This document shows positions 42,101 through 55,000 of a stretch of DNA of 64,000 nucleotides, piece after piece. This stretch comes from Mizuhopecten yessoensis (taxonomy: Eukaryota): assembly GCF_002113885.1 (NCBI RefSeq), contig NW_018408752.1, positions 413,624-477,623 of the forward strand, in the 5' to 3' direction. The first letter of the stretch is position 1, and each line of letters opens with the position of its first letter. Made by a program: the position numbers and the translations under genes. The notes under the pieces are model-generated. The model was not told the DNA's origin. It saw only the letters and a list, made by a program, of their open reading frames with translations, and did not search any database.

Positions 42101-45079
42101 CCATGGGTGGGTGATGATATTTGGCTAGTATCGTGCTGGGATGAAGGACTACAAAATAACGTTTGCTCAAATAAACATTAAGTAACAATTTTCAAGGTCA
42201 TAGGGATCAAATGTTTAATTAAACAGTTTCTTCTTAATAACCAAAAGGCCCATGCTGGTGATATTCAGCCTGTTGCTTAATTTAGCCCATTTTAATACAT
42301 ATGCTCTTTGTCAGCTTTGAATGTTATTGGTGTGAGAGTAATACAAGGTTACCGATTCAGGCCCATTGTGCCTCTTGTTTATGTGATGTTTTCAGGATGC
42401 TGAATCCAAATTCTGATCTGTAAGATAAAAGATAATATTTTCACATCATTAATTGGTGTATCCCATTTTCAGAACTTTGGTCCATTTGAGTCGTGGACAG
42501 GCAGAGGTGTCCATGTTTGCTCCAGATGTGGATCAGATGCATGTTATAAACCACACCAAAGGAGAACCCATGGAACCCAAGAGGTATTCCAATTGCTGAT
42601 GATGTGAGAAAGTGTGAATTGATATAGTTTATCAGGCCTATTTACCTAGAACAGGTGCTAGAGGCTACTGGGAAACAGTAGTAATTCTGTTTTTACTGCA
42701 AAATGGAAGGATCGATCATTTGAAATTTTAACTGTATGAGAATATTGTAAAGTTCATACCTGCCAACTTTCTGAAATTTCCATGGGGAAGAAATCATTAG
42801 ATTTTGGAATATAGGAACAGTTAAGCAATGTCACTGGTTGAAAGAACTTAATTTAAGGCTCCCTCCTAAATAGGGAGGGTTGGCCCTCATGGTGAAGTGT
42901 TTACAATTGTTGATTAAATTATTTTAATGGGTTGTATTCATTTTACGATTATGATGACAAATTTGATAAAATTGTTAAACAGACTTACTGGTACATGTAC
43001 CTATGGATCTTTATGTAGTTGGATCTGTATAGAGTCTGAATTATTATGAAACAGTTTTTACTTGTCAATAAATAAAATAAGTGAATGAATGCTAAAATAT
43101 CATGCACACTTCACTGAAGTTCACTCTTAAATTGAAGTGTATTTCCCCCGACAGGAATGTGCTTGTCGAGTCCGCAAGAATAGCCAGGGGGAAGATTGAT
43201 GCTCTGTCAAACTTAGACTCTTCCAAATTTGATGCTGTCATCTTCCCTGGTGGATTTGGTGCAGCCAAAAATTTGTAAGCTATTTTGATTTTGGATTTAT
43301 CCTTTATAAATATTAAAACATTTTTTTTATGAAATAAAAGTTTGCAGTAAGAATTGAATTTGAAAATCTGATGAGTATTACAAATACACAATTTTGTTTG
43401 TTAAATTTATGTTTAATGTGTTGAATAAATAAATTTGTATCATGGTTAAAAAGAATGGAGAATTGGGATTAAAGATAAATCTAAGACAGATCTATTAATT
43501 CCTGTTTTAACTGTGTATACCTATAGAGTCATTGGGGAAAAGATAATTTTCTGTTAATACAAAGTTCTCGTTGCGCTACATTTTGTAGGAGTACATTTGC
43601 GGTAGACGGAGCTGATGGTATGACGATTGAGAAGGATGTTCAAAGAGTGATAAAAGACTTCCATAAAGAAAGCAAACCCATTGGGTATGATTAAAACATG
43701 TCAGAATTGATAGAATTTCCTTGTTAACACAGCATAGGAGTGTCTGTTGTCAGTTTGAATTTCTTTGGGCATGTTTTTGTGTTTAAATCTACAATCGATT
43801 GGAACTTTTTATCACATTGTTTTTTTTGCCACCATAGTAACAATACATTTATCATGTTTCCCTGGAATGCTGCTGCCAAAAGCCTGTGTGGGCTGAATTA
43901 TGGATCCTGACAAGGTACTTGTATCTGTACATTCTAACACGTATATTATATATATATACTTTGGTTGTTTAGTGTTTCAAGTTGTGCTGTATGATCAGAA
44001 TTCTGCTGTAGTTAAAAATTGAGGTTTACATTTCAGTCTCTGCTGTATGATTATGAGTCTTCTGTAGTTAAAAGTTGATATTTATATTCCAGTCTGTGCT
44101 GTATTGCCCCTGTTCTCGTTGCCAAGCTGGTTCCAGGCTGTGAGGTCACAGTGGGGTCAGATAAGGAGGAAGGGGGACGCTGGCCGTACGCAGGAACAGC
44201 AGATGCCATCGAGTCCATGGGATCCAAACACATCAAGAAAAATGTCACTGTATCCTTACACACCTCAGACTAGTCTAGCTGCTTCACTAGTAGAAACCTG
44301 TGATTAAGTTTACTTTTGTTCAGAACATCTATCATACTAATACTTCAAGATGAATGATTATACACCCTCTTTAATAAAATCGGATGTTCAAAATTAAAAA
44401 ATTAGAAATAAAAAGAATAATCAAGAATTTTACATTACATTATTCATGTATCGATATATCCCATCCATAAAATAAATTACATGAATCAAAAATGCAATTA
44501 CCGATATTGTTAAATCCTCGATCACTGAAATATCATAACCTGTGTGGAATTTTACAAGAGTTGTCTACCTTCAGTTGGCAACGTCGGCTGCTTTTGTTCT
44601 CATGTTTCAAACAGTTTGACTGATTAGAGCAAAGTTGTTTGTTTATCAAATAGTTGCAGAACAAGTGAAAGCAGTCTGATGTTGGTTTCTGGCAAACACT
44701 TCAAATGGCTGCCTTAATATTTACATAGCGGCCTCGCTTTACCCCTGAACATTTTACATCTAAAAGCAGACAAGCTAAAACTATTCTGCTCTCTTCAATG
44801 AAAAGTCCTGTGGTGGTAGTGTAATACCTACTCTTAAGCAGTAGGGGTTATATATGTATTTCTATACAACAACAATAACCTTAAGTTGCACATTACAAGT
44901 ATATGCCACTCCTAACTTATTTCCTTAACTCTGACCAGGACGTCCATGTGGACGAGAAGAACAGAATTGTTACAACACCGGCCTACATGTGTGAAACTGG
45001 TCTCCACCAGATTTTTGATGGCATTGGGAAAATGGTAGAAAATGTTCTGTCCTTGGCCAATACTAAAAGTAAAATTTAG
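39140..45079 (+). CDS. GATD3: ES1/GATD3 mitochondrial DJ-1/PfpI-family protein; exons 39140-39259, 40822-40874, 42473-42583, 43155-43274, 43589-43684, 44093-44249, 44939-45079
   Basis: Arg/Ser-rich presequence, then KVAV|[54 protein letters not shown] and [10 protein letters not shown]. Phases are consistent. Confidence 0.96.
39306..39667. mobile_element. Long-TIR MITE/foldback element
   Basis: TATATGCCCGTGTACAG / CTGTACACGGGCATATA ends with more than 100 bp of imperfect inverted arms. Confidence 0.8.
39684..39835. mobile_element. 152-bp near-perfect palindromic MITE
   Basis: About 70-bp arms starting CACAGGTGCTCGGGTTCTGG, flanked by GGCACAAT / GGCACAAC (TSD-like). Confidence 0.85.
39963..40035. 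repeat. Perfect inverted repeat, 33-bp arms with a poly-A loop
   Basis: ATAATGTTGGAAAAATATATATTGAATCCCTTT followed by its reverse complement. Confidence 0.93.
40576..40750 (-). repeat. Best-preserved copy of the tRNA-tailed repeat (tRNA-like unit at 40672-40599)
   Basis: A box TAGCTCAATTGG and B box GGTTCGAACC; acceptor, D and T stems pair but the anticodon stem is poor; followed by a T5 run and CCTGTTACA. Confidence 0.8.
41300..41802 (+). mobile_element. HINE/DINE-1-like non-autonomous Helentron
   Basis: Starts in a T-run; subterminal IRs TATACGCCTGTC / GACGGGCGTATA; GTCC microsatellite; two ~155-bp internal repeats. Confidence 0.75.
41990..42380. repeat. Fragment related to the 24.5-26.1 kb repeat, in inverted orientation
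   Basis: Ends ..CAGGCCCATTGTGCCTCTTGTT and carries ATAACCAAAAGGCCCA subrepeats. Confidence 0.55.
44250..44938 (+). other. U12-type (minor spliceosome) GT-AG intron of GATD3
   Basis: 5' splice site GTATCCTT; branch site TTCCTTAAC at 44921-44929 just before the CAG; no polypyrimidine tract. Confidence 0.92.
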
Positions 45080-46118
45080 CACTGTAGTGCATGAAAAAAA
45101 TAAGTGTAATATGGGACTGGATATTATTCAAAATTATTTAACAAGTGATGATATGATCAGTCCCAAAACTAGTGTGATATTGTCTAGTGCTATGGTGTGT
45201 GATATTGTCTAGTTCCTCAGCCCTGACAAAAAGTTGAACAGTGAACCCTCATTGATTCCGCCACCTCTTTGCTAAAATGGCAGGATTGTGATGGCTTGGT
45301 CATCTGTTGGTTTATACAGCAGGACAATAGGCTACTGATTGCAGCGGATTTTACATATTCTGGAAAGAAGTGGAACTTTAATATACTGAGGCCAAGCCTA
45401 CATAATATTAATAAAGGTTGATCCTGTCGTTCAGTATCGCTTTCATTTTATGTTAGTACCTGTAACTCTAATACTTTTTAACACCTTGTTTTCTTTTACA
45501 TAAAATGTATCTCAAAACAGAAAACTTTTCAGTTGTACATTAAAAGGAATACCAAACGCAAGATCCAGTTGAATGAAACGCATGAAAAGGCATACGTTTA
45601 TAAACTTGCATTGCATGGTTGGAAATAAACCAGTGCTTTTAATAAAGGAAGAAGACATATATGTAAATGTACAAGAATTTATTTTATAGAATAAATACAT
45701 TTTGAATATATCAACATTTCATTATTTTATTTTTAAAAAAGGAAACAATTAAAAATGAATGCAACATGTTAAAAGCATGTTACAACACATCCATGTTACA
45801 GCACATATTGTAGAACATTTAACTTACACTTTATTCTTATTTTTACGTTTCTTGTTCATATTCATAAATTATAGTCAACACAAACTATGTGTTCACAACA
45901 CTTCAATCACCAATTGTACGACAACTTTCACATCACTTGAGGAGATGGAGTCAGTGTTATATGTGTACACTCCAGGAGTGTAGGCCTTGAACCAGTGTAG
46001 CTTGTCGATTGCACAATTCTGGTCCCTAGGTTTGAACATGCTTCCTATCTGCACTGTTGACATTTTTACATGTTATAAAGTACTGTTTTCTTACACATAC
46101 TGAAAAAGACCACACATT

Positions 46119-49100
46119 TTAAGGAGATCCGTCTTCAGCCACTTTATGAACTTTGTTGATTCTTCCAATAAGAACATTTTCCTTTTCTCGAAGTTTTGCT
46201 GCAATTTCACTCTGAAACGACAATAAAATGAGTTATTGGTGATCTACAGTTTAAAAGCAAATTGCCTCAATTTTGGGATATTGTTTATATTTTAAATATC
46301 GGATCAGAATTTCAGCTGCTATTCTGAAAGCTGTTTTTGTTACTATTTTTTTCCACAGCTGTAAAACATTGGGGTGACATTCTTGTTTACCTGTAATGGG
46401 TCCAGCAACTCCTTGGCTACACTTTCTATTACTGCTCGCACATCATCCACCGTGAGCTCGGAGAAAATGTCTGTGTCCAATTTTGTGTCTAGCTCCTCCA
46501 TCGCTTTGTCTCCCTCCTCCTGAATTCAGAAATAACAGTCAAATATGTGGCTATACAGAATTAAACAAATGATAATAGAGTTACCTCCCTTCCTCTACTG
46601 ACTACCCACGTTGTTCCTTAATCAAATTTCTCCATTCATAACAATTCAGTGTATCATTGTGAACATTTAAACATAATATTTGTTAGTATGACATAGAGCT
46701 CAAATTGTGTTACAAAGATTTTATAAAATTCTTTACACTAAAATACATACTTCTTTAATTTCCTAAACTGCAAAGTCAAGCTTAAGGATTACATATTTAT
46801 TATACTGGTAATAAATCCTTAGTAAATATACCTTTAATCCATTTATTAGTCATTAGAAATAACATGTTATCAATGTCATAACTATTAGATATGTTGTATT
46901 ACGCTTATTTATACTTAAGTCTTATATGGGCTAACCTGAAACCATTCAGAAAAAAAATATATGCAGTATAAGTATTTTCCAGTTGTTTGCCAGTGCCAAT
47001 CTGAAATTGAAGACACTTTAACATGGACAATTACAAGAACAACATGTCCAAATGATGCCTGTGCTGGTTATATATAATGTTTCAAAGGTGGTTAAATTCC
47101 AGTTTTCAGGGTACAAGTATAGTTAATTCAAAGTTACTGTAAGATAAAAATGTTAGTAAACGACCAAACGTGGTTAGACACACGACTTATGGGTGAGGAA
47201 ATGTTAGTAAAATACAAGCTAGTCCAATAAAAAGCTCTTCTAGAATGAAATCTCTTTATGAAATGTTTCTTTTGGGCTTTCCCACATTTTGAGCGGACAC
47301 GTATATAATGAAAATCAAACTAACATGATTAGGACGCAAACAAGGAAACCAATAAAACATTTTGGTCAGTTAAACAACCTGATTATAAACAAGGAGGTAG
47401 CGATTGTAGATATGTAATACTAAACAAAGAATCAACAGTACTTTCTGTTTGAGCATGATTAACTTAAGTGACTAGAAGGTAATATTTATGAACATTCTGG
47501 GTACATTACATGTGTAAGTAATACTGACATTTTACCATGTATTTTATGTGTACACAATACTTGAGTGTTTCAGGTCACATCGTCAGCAAGTCACATAACT
47601 ACTTACACAACAAAGGACTGGTAGGCAGTATGTCATATATACACCCTCATATAAGTGACTATTTTTGTCATGTTTTTCATTATAAATCTACTATGTATTT
47701 TTGTCATCATTTTTGTCTAAATTATACATGTGTAGCTGCTAACTTGAGGGAAAAAATTGACTGGAAGATTTTTTTTATCATTTTCATAAAAAGTCTTGAT
47801 TTTCCTCTTTTTTAAACACTAAACAGCACCAGACTTTAATTAACACTTAAGAATCGTCAAGTAGCCAGTAACTATAGGGCTGCCACTGACAGCTTTCTGT
47901 AGTCCAGGTCAAAAGGTAGCAGTCCTTTCAAGACCATACTCCTGAGATCATGTCAAACTAAAATTAATGTTTAAGTTCCACGAGTTTCAAGATGTAAATT
48001 TCCTTTGTGGGAAGAAGGGTAGAAAATGTTGGTTTTCTTGATTTCATTACCTACATTCTGGTGAACTCTAAATACAATTGACAACAGATTTTTATTTGCC
48101 ATTAAATTTATATTTCATTCTATGGCCCTTGTTTGATATTTAAAGGAGTACAGCTGGGCTACTTGTCCGGGAGATCTGAGTTGACCAGCTCTATTTTCGA
48201 ACTCTGGAGTAATTGTATAGAAGGTTATATTTACTTGCTTACATATAGTTACATACAGAGAAATGGGATGGTTGTCAATATGCATTTTCATTTCATTTGT
48301 ATCTCTTAACCTGGTATTACAAGATATTTTACCAATATATTATTGTAGAGGGAGGGTAAAGTGGGAGTGGAATATTCATAACATAAGAACCAGGAACAAT
48401 GTGTTATTGTAAAGAGATAATAATAAGATATTAGTTGCTGATCCTATCTTCTACAAGATGTTCAGAATGTATGTGATTTATTGAGAGTATTTTAAACTGC
48501 CAATGTGATCTAATAGGAACAGCCCATCCACATTCACCATAATGTACCGTTAATGTAGTGTAACAGAACCCTAGGACTAACAATAACATCAGGTGCAAGC
48601 TTCAGTGAGTGAATGAAAATATTACGGCAAATAATGAATCAAAACTTTTGCTTTAAATATTAAAATATGGTACTTTACACAGTCATCAATGTTTCACTTG
48701 GTGACTGACATTCAGTTCATTTGACGTGAAAGCCACCATGTCGCACATATGCTGAGGTAGAACTAACAATTAAAACAAAGAAATGTGGATGGGCTGAAAC
48801 ACTATGCTTTTTAACAGGAACTAGAGAGCTATTTAAGCATCTGTTCTTACCTCTCCAGCCAAACCACCTTCACTTTTAACTACCTGGTTAATGGTGAGAC
48901 AACAAAACTAACAAATGTAATGTGTGGACACCAGCCAGAGCATTAACATTTTTATTTTTTTTGACATTGCCCCAAATATATTCTAGAATATAAATTATCT
49001 TATGATTGATTTTCATTTGTTTGAAAATCAATCACATTTGAATTTCTTGAAGAAACTTAAAAGACCTAATTACACCATAATATGTACATACATGTAGCAT

Positions 49101-51979
49101 AAAAAAAGTGAATTTGTAATTGAAATAAAGTTTTCAATAGGAATTAATATCCAACTGCATCTTTATCAACTGTGCAAATAATTCCCCCAGAAGAGCCCCT
49201 GTCCAACTGTCATCCACTGGAGACATGTACATTCAAAGGTCAAAAATCTTTGCCATTAATATACAGACATTCACCACAAATTGATGTAAATTATAAACAC
49301 ATGTACACTGTCTAAAGGTCAGGGCTATCACAGAATTCCAGAAGTCAGTGTTCCGAGGGTACACAGGGAAGGACTTTTGTCTGTCCCTGCCTCTCTAGTC
49401 ACATGTTTTACAGTTGCTGTTTAGACTTCAGCTACATATTATCTATTGTAAGTGCCCTCTCTCCCATATATCATTTTGATTAGTCCTCATCAACTCAGAC
49501 AATTACGAGACATCAACATTAAACAGTCAATATGAAGACATTGTTTGCATGTATTAATTAATTAATTATGTATACATTAATTTCTGTGGTGAAACAAAAT
49601 ATATACAGGTATACACAGTTTACCAGTGTAATTGTTAAAAGTTTAGTTGTATTTCCACAGCCACAAAAATATATAATATATAAAACGCTGACATGTGATG
49701 TTAACCTGCTTGTCATCCTTCACAAATTATAAAACTTATTATACTGGGTCTATTATCGTTCAATATGATCTCTTATTGCTGTTGATCTGAGTGTGACTCA
49801 TGCACTTGCCATTAGTTGTCAGATGTGAAATATCATGAGCATGATGAACTAAATCAGTTTAAGTTGAGGATATTTGTATTCTGAAGGATAGCAAAACATC
49901 ACAAAATTTTATTATACAGAACTTCTGTCAATAATTAAAACATTTATAATTGTGACAAAAATTACATTCTATACAAATTATTTTTTTGTGAAATCATGCC
50001 ACTAGAGTAGGACAATGTTTAATGTGACCAGAGGGTGTCTAGTGCCAGTAGAAAACTCTGTACCCCACTACACTGTATTGTGCGTTGTAAAAATATAATA
50101 TTATTTCCATAAAAGAAACCCTCTTTTAAGGATTAAGGTGTAAAAGTACCTCAGGTTCTGGTGTTGGAGGAGGGGTGGCTATGTACGAGGCAAACATCTC
50201 TTGTGACACGCCCTCATCCAGGGGCGGGGGGAACGGTACACTTGCAGGCTTGGCTGTCTCTATCTCCAGCTGGTAAATGATAAACACACAAATGTAGAAT
50301 AATATTGATATACAAATGTAGAAGATGTGAAAATTTACCGTTAAATTTATTAACAATACACAGCAATGGTGACAGATTCTTATTAACGCCTATGAACATA
50401 TCTTATTATACATTATAACCTTCATCTTATGTACAAAATGGGTCAAGAAATTTCAAAATCTTATATTTTATCTGGACAAATGTTAACAACATTTTATTTC
50501 AAGTTGCCAATATCAACTTCAAATTAATTTTGTTTTAATGAGACATTAGTATGATGGAAAGAAAAAATATTTTAATGGTGTAAATTTAGTCACTCTGATA
50601 CTAAGTTTCACACATCATTAATCTATAATGCTAGACACCACTGGCTTGAAACGTGAATGTCTCTGACAGTCGGCTTCACTTCTACATGTGATCAATGCTA
50701 TGTTTTATAGATATATGATAAAGACTATACATGCATGAAAAATATGACAAACATGAAATGCCAATATTAGTTTGATTTCAGGATATCACACCTTTTGGGA
50801 AAAGTCATAAACGTTATCCAATATAGAATAAAAGTGCCCATTTTGCATTAGGAATATAGGGTCATTAAAGTGATAAACATGGTGTACACATATACTGCAT
50901 GTACTCACATCAGTGCCAATAATTTCCTCAGCTTGAGTTTGATTGAACATTAATTCATACAGCTTATAGTGTTGAAATAGACTGAAAGAACAAAAACAAA
51001 GCAACATTGGATTTTGATTTGCAAGGACAGGCTGCTCAAACATGTACAAATCTGTTCCTGATATTAAATTACACATAATTACACATTGGACTTATACGGA
51101 CTATGATCTGAATATAGAGGCAGGTATGTCTGCGTTCAGAATAAACTAAGTTAACTAAGTGAACTAAGTTAATAAACTAAGTTAATAATTAACTTTGGAC
51201 AGAATGTTAAATCCATAGCTTTTGAGATTGTTCCATATTGGAGGCTCCTCCCAGTCTAAAACACTCAGAGCTAGGGCCAAAGATTATTTTTCAACCGTCT
51301 TTAGTTTGTACAGAACACAAAGTTAATTTCCCTTTGGAGCCAATTAATGAAGCTAGGAGATAAAAGGTGGATCATACAGATGGTGAATACAGTGAAATCC
51401 CACTAACAAATATGTACAATAACTTTTGACGTAAAATTGGACTAACCTGTCCACAATAGTATTGTTTATACTTACCAAGTGGTCACATACGTGGTTACAG
51501 CTTTAGCCTGTTGTGTGTTGAAAAAATCTAAACCAGCAGACTTGATTTGTTGATACTCAGGTTCAATGCCAATTAACAATTTCTTAAACTCTTTCAAGTT
51601 GTCTACCATTGTCATATGTTGTTCTGTGAGAAGGAAAAAAGAACTTATGAATAATGAAAGCTTGTATAATCTTTTTTATTTGCCTGCCATTTTTGTTTTC
51701 TTGAGGGGGTGGGGTGGGGTATGTCATATTACCCCTTCTGTCCCATTGTGTCAGGTTCTCACAGTGCCTCCCAATTCAATGCCATCTCTCTAATGATGTC
51801 GTATTATAGCAGATTTTGATGAAACTTTATACAAAGGTCAAAAAGTAAATATATTATCTAAGTGTCGTGTGACTGTATTTCAGGAATCCTAGGTCAAGGC
51901 TATGGTCTATTTTACTATTTACTATTTATAGAAACTTGTTAACCAAATTAGTGACATCACCCTACCAATTTTATTTCTA

Positions 51980-52015
<36 letters not shown>

Positions 52016-55000
52016 TTTTTTTTTTTTTTTTTTTTTTTTTATAAAGGTCAAGTATGAGAAAACCTTGAGTTGAATAAGATCATATTTCATAGTTCCAAGG
52101 CCAAGGTCACTGTTACTATTTATAGGAATAAGTCAAACAATGACACTAATTTGGATAGGAGCAGGCGACATAATTTATATCTTACAGACGTTTTCAAGTT
52201 TCAACAATAGAACACCTTCAAATTTTGTTCAAAATAAAACTACCTAAAAAAACAAGATTCCTCGTCATGTAAAACAATAACTTTCATATGAAATAGAGCA
52301 ACAGTTCATCTGACCTCAATATCATTGTCTGGAATACCAAAATTAACTGATGAAGATTTAAGTTCTATATTTCATAAACAAATATTGATAGTAATACACA
52401 ATGTACAATATAGTTCTGAGCTTCTATAGTGTACAGGAACAAGGTACAGTTACCTGTGTGATCTATTGATTTCTAAAAACACATACTCATTATTTCTATT
52501 CATATTGTGCCCACCTGTCCTATTTTAAGTAACTTGTATCTATAAAATTAATTACTTTCTCTCCCCAAACCTTTGTATAATTTCACCATGTTATTGATAT
52601 CAAGTGAACAGGTGAGTCACAGCCTTTATACTGTACCTGTACATTTCATGAATATTGAAGTCACATCATGGTAACATATAATGGGTGTAAAAATGTATGT
52701 ACAGTACCAACACTTCGAATTCATTATAAACTCATAACTTTGTTAAGCTGACAGTTGATAATTGAACTTAGCATCAGTATTATGTATAGATTACAGTAGT
52801 CTGAATAAAAACACATTGAATATATATATACGAAATTGATAATTGTTTTCAAAGTTATACTGGGAACTTACAATGAATTCTTAACCATAGTTAAAACCAG
52901 ACAATTGGGGGGGGGGGGGAAATAGAATTCTGTCCCCCTAATTGAAAACTAGATGGTCATGACAGGTGGTGTTATATTACAGTCAAAATAGAATTAATTA
53001 TTTACACTGGTATATTTTACATTTAAATTAAGGTACCATGATATATCAGTTACACTATCTACAATTTAATTACCCTCAGAGAGAAATTTAAATTCAATTA
53101 TAGATAGCCACTGAGATAAATTAAATTGTTAAAGGCTTCTCCTAGCCGTTTGCTTTGTTTGATTTTCACCTATGTACTGTGAGTTTATGGAAATTAGATA
53201 AAATGTACTCATTGAAAATAGACGTATGTTTCCAACTTGTCACTGCATAAAAATGAGGCCAGATTCTATATGATTCATTCAAAGTTGTGAGTGTTTGAAA
53301 TCAATTTACAGTGTTAACAACCATTTTACTTCTTGATGTAACATCACAACTTTTTCCACCTAAGGCTCTTCATGTAGTAACATAACTAGACTCTTTGGTA
53401 AGAGAAACTAAACATAAGACTCTGAAAACAGCACTAGCAATATCAATCATTAACAATTTATCTAATATCTATCTTCTCTTTAAATCCATTTAGGTCAATA
53501 ATAACCTTCAAATTATGTTGTTGTTTGACCAAATATTACATTATTTTTCTTTGGTTAACATTTTGAAAATTGAACATTTTATTTATCATTTTAAAGTAAT
53601 AAAAATTCCTTGACATTTACCATATCATTTGGTGAGAAGACTGGGCCTGGGTAATGCAAACTTTGAGATCTGATTATAAATTTATATATACCAGTATATA
53701 TGGGGACTGCTTATTACAGTGACAATTGTTTAATGGTAATTAAAGCGTATATTATAACAAATGACAACATAAAGAAATAATAACTGGATCACTTTCATTT
53801 CACTGTCACATATATTTGCCTATTTACTGATAGAATTGATATGAAGACAAATGATGATTTTATCTAAATTCAGATTAAAAGAAATTTTTCTCATATAAAT
53901 GTATCGTACATTGAGCTATATTAAAAATTGGAGAGAGTTATTTTAATTGTTCTAGACACGACACTGATATTAAAGTTCAAGTGAGGATACATTAACAAAA
54001 CTGTATAACCAGCAGCTGAAGTGTGGGGTTTAGGGCAGTCTCTAGATCTCAGTCTCCTTTACACTGTATTTAGGACCATGAAGTTACAGGACTTTTTGAT
54101 ACCAGTAGACTATCACTTCCATAAAGCTGGGCTGACAATGCAAACATTTTAGGTACAAGTAGTTTCATTATATTATACATATCCTTCATACCTACTTATT
54201 TATATTAAGTGTTCCGAGTACCCAGTAAAGGGCTGTTGAAAGCCAGATCTAGAAATGATTGTGGAGCACATGAGGTCGCAGTCTTAAGGATCCCTGTCCC
54301 ACTGCAGGTGAAACACTAGAGAGTTCCACTGTGGATTTTCATTTTCACTCCCCTAGATTTTATTTTGGATATTGCTGTAGTCGGGTTATTCCAGGGAACT
54401 ACCAATGATACCACTGATGAAGGTAGCTGTTTGTTTGAGCAACGATATTGTGATCCGAGGTTCAGGGTTCAAATCTAAGCCTGCATGATCCCTTTGCATT
54501 TTCATTCTGGGAACAATTGTCGATATGTCATTTTTGTTTATTTATGATCTGATCATAACTTCAACATATTGATTATCAATTGATAATGTGTTAACATTGC
54601 AGTGCAAGACAACAATATCATGTGACCTCGGGGAAGTATGCGACTACAAACATTGCATAAATCCAATTTGAATGACACGTATTTGATAAAGTGGTGTGTT
54701 TTTTTTATCACACTGTGTCAAAGTTTATAAACTTTTTTGTGGGAATCCTGCCATCAAATGGGTAAAGAATTTTTGTTCAATTCTCACTTCATTGGAATCA
54801 ATTTAAGACTCCTAGAAAATATCTTAGCATTGCAGATGAGTATAAAATATGAGTAAAAGTAATGGAGTAAAAGGGGACAGGGAGGTGGGTACATTCAATT
54901 TCATTTGTCTTCTTAATTTGTTTACTAGACATAATAATTTGTCTGTGTTACACAAATACCTAGGTGATAGTCCTGTTTTATCACTTTTCCCTTGTTTTAT

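Noticed and set aside
54415-54510. Another tRNA-like repeat copy
   Set aside because: Only a B-box-like GGTTCAAATC and weak context; too degenerate to assign.
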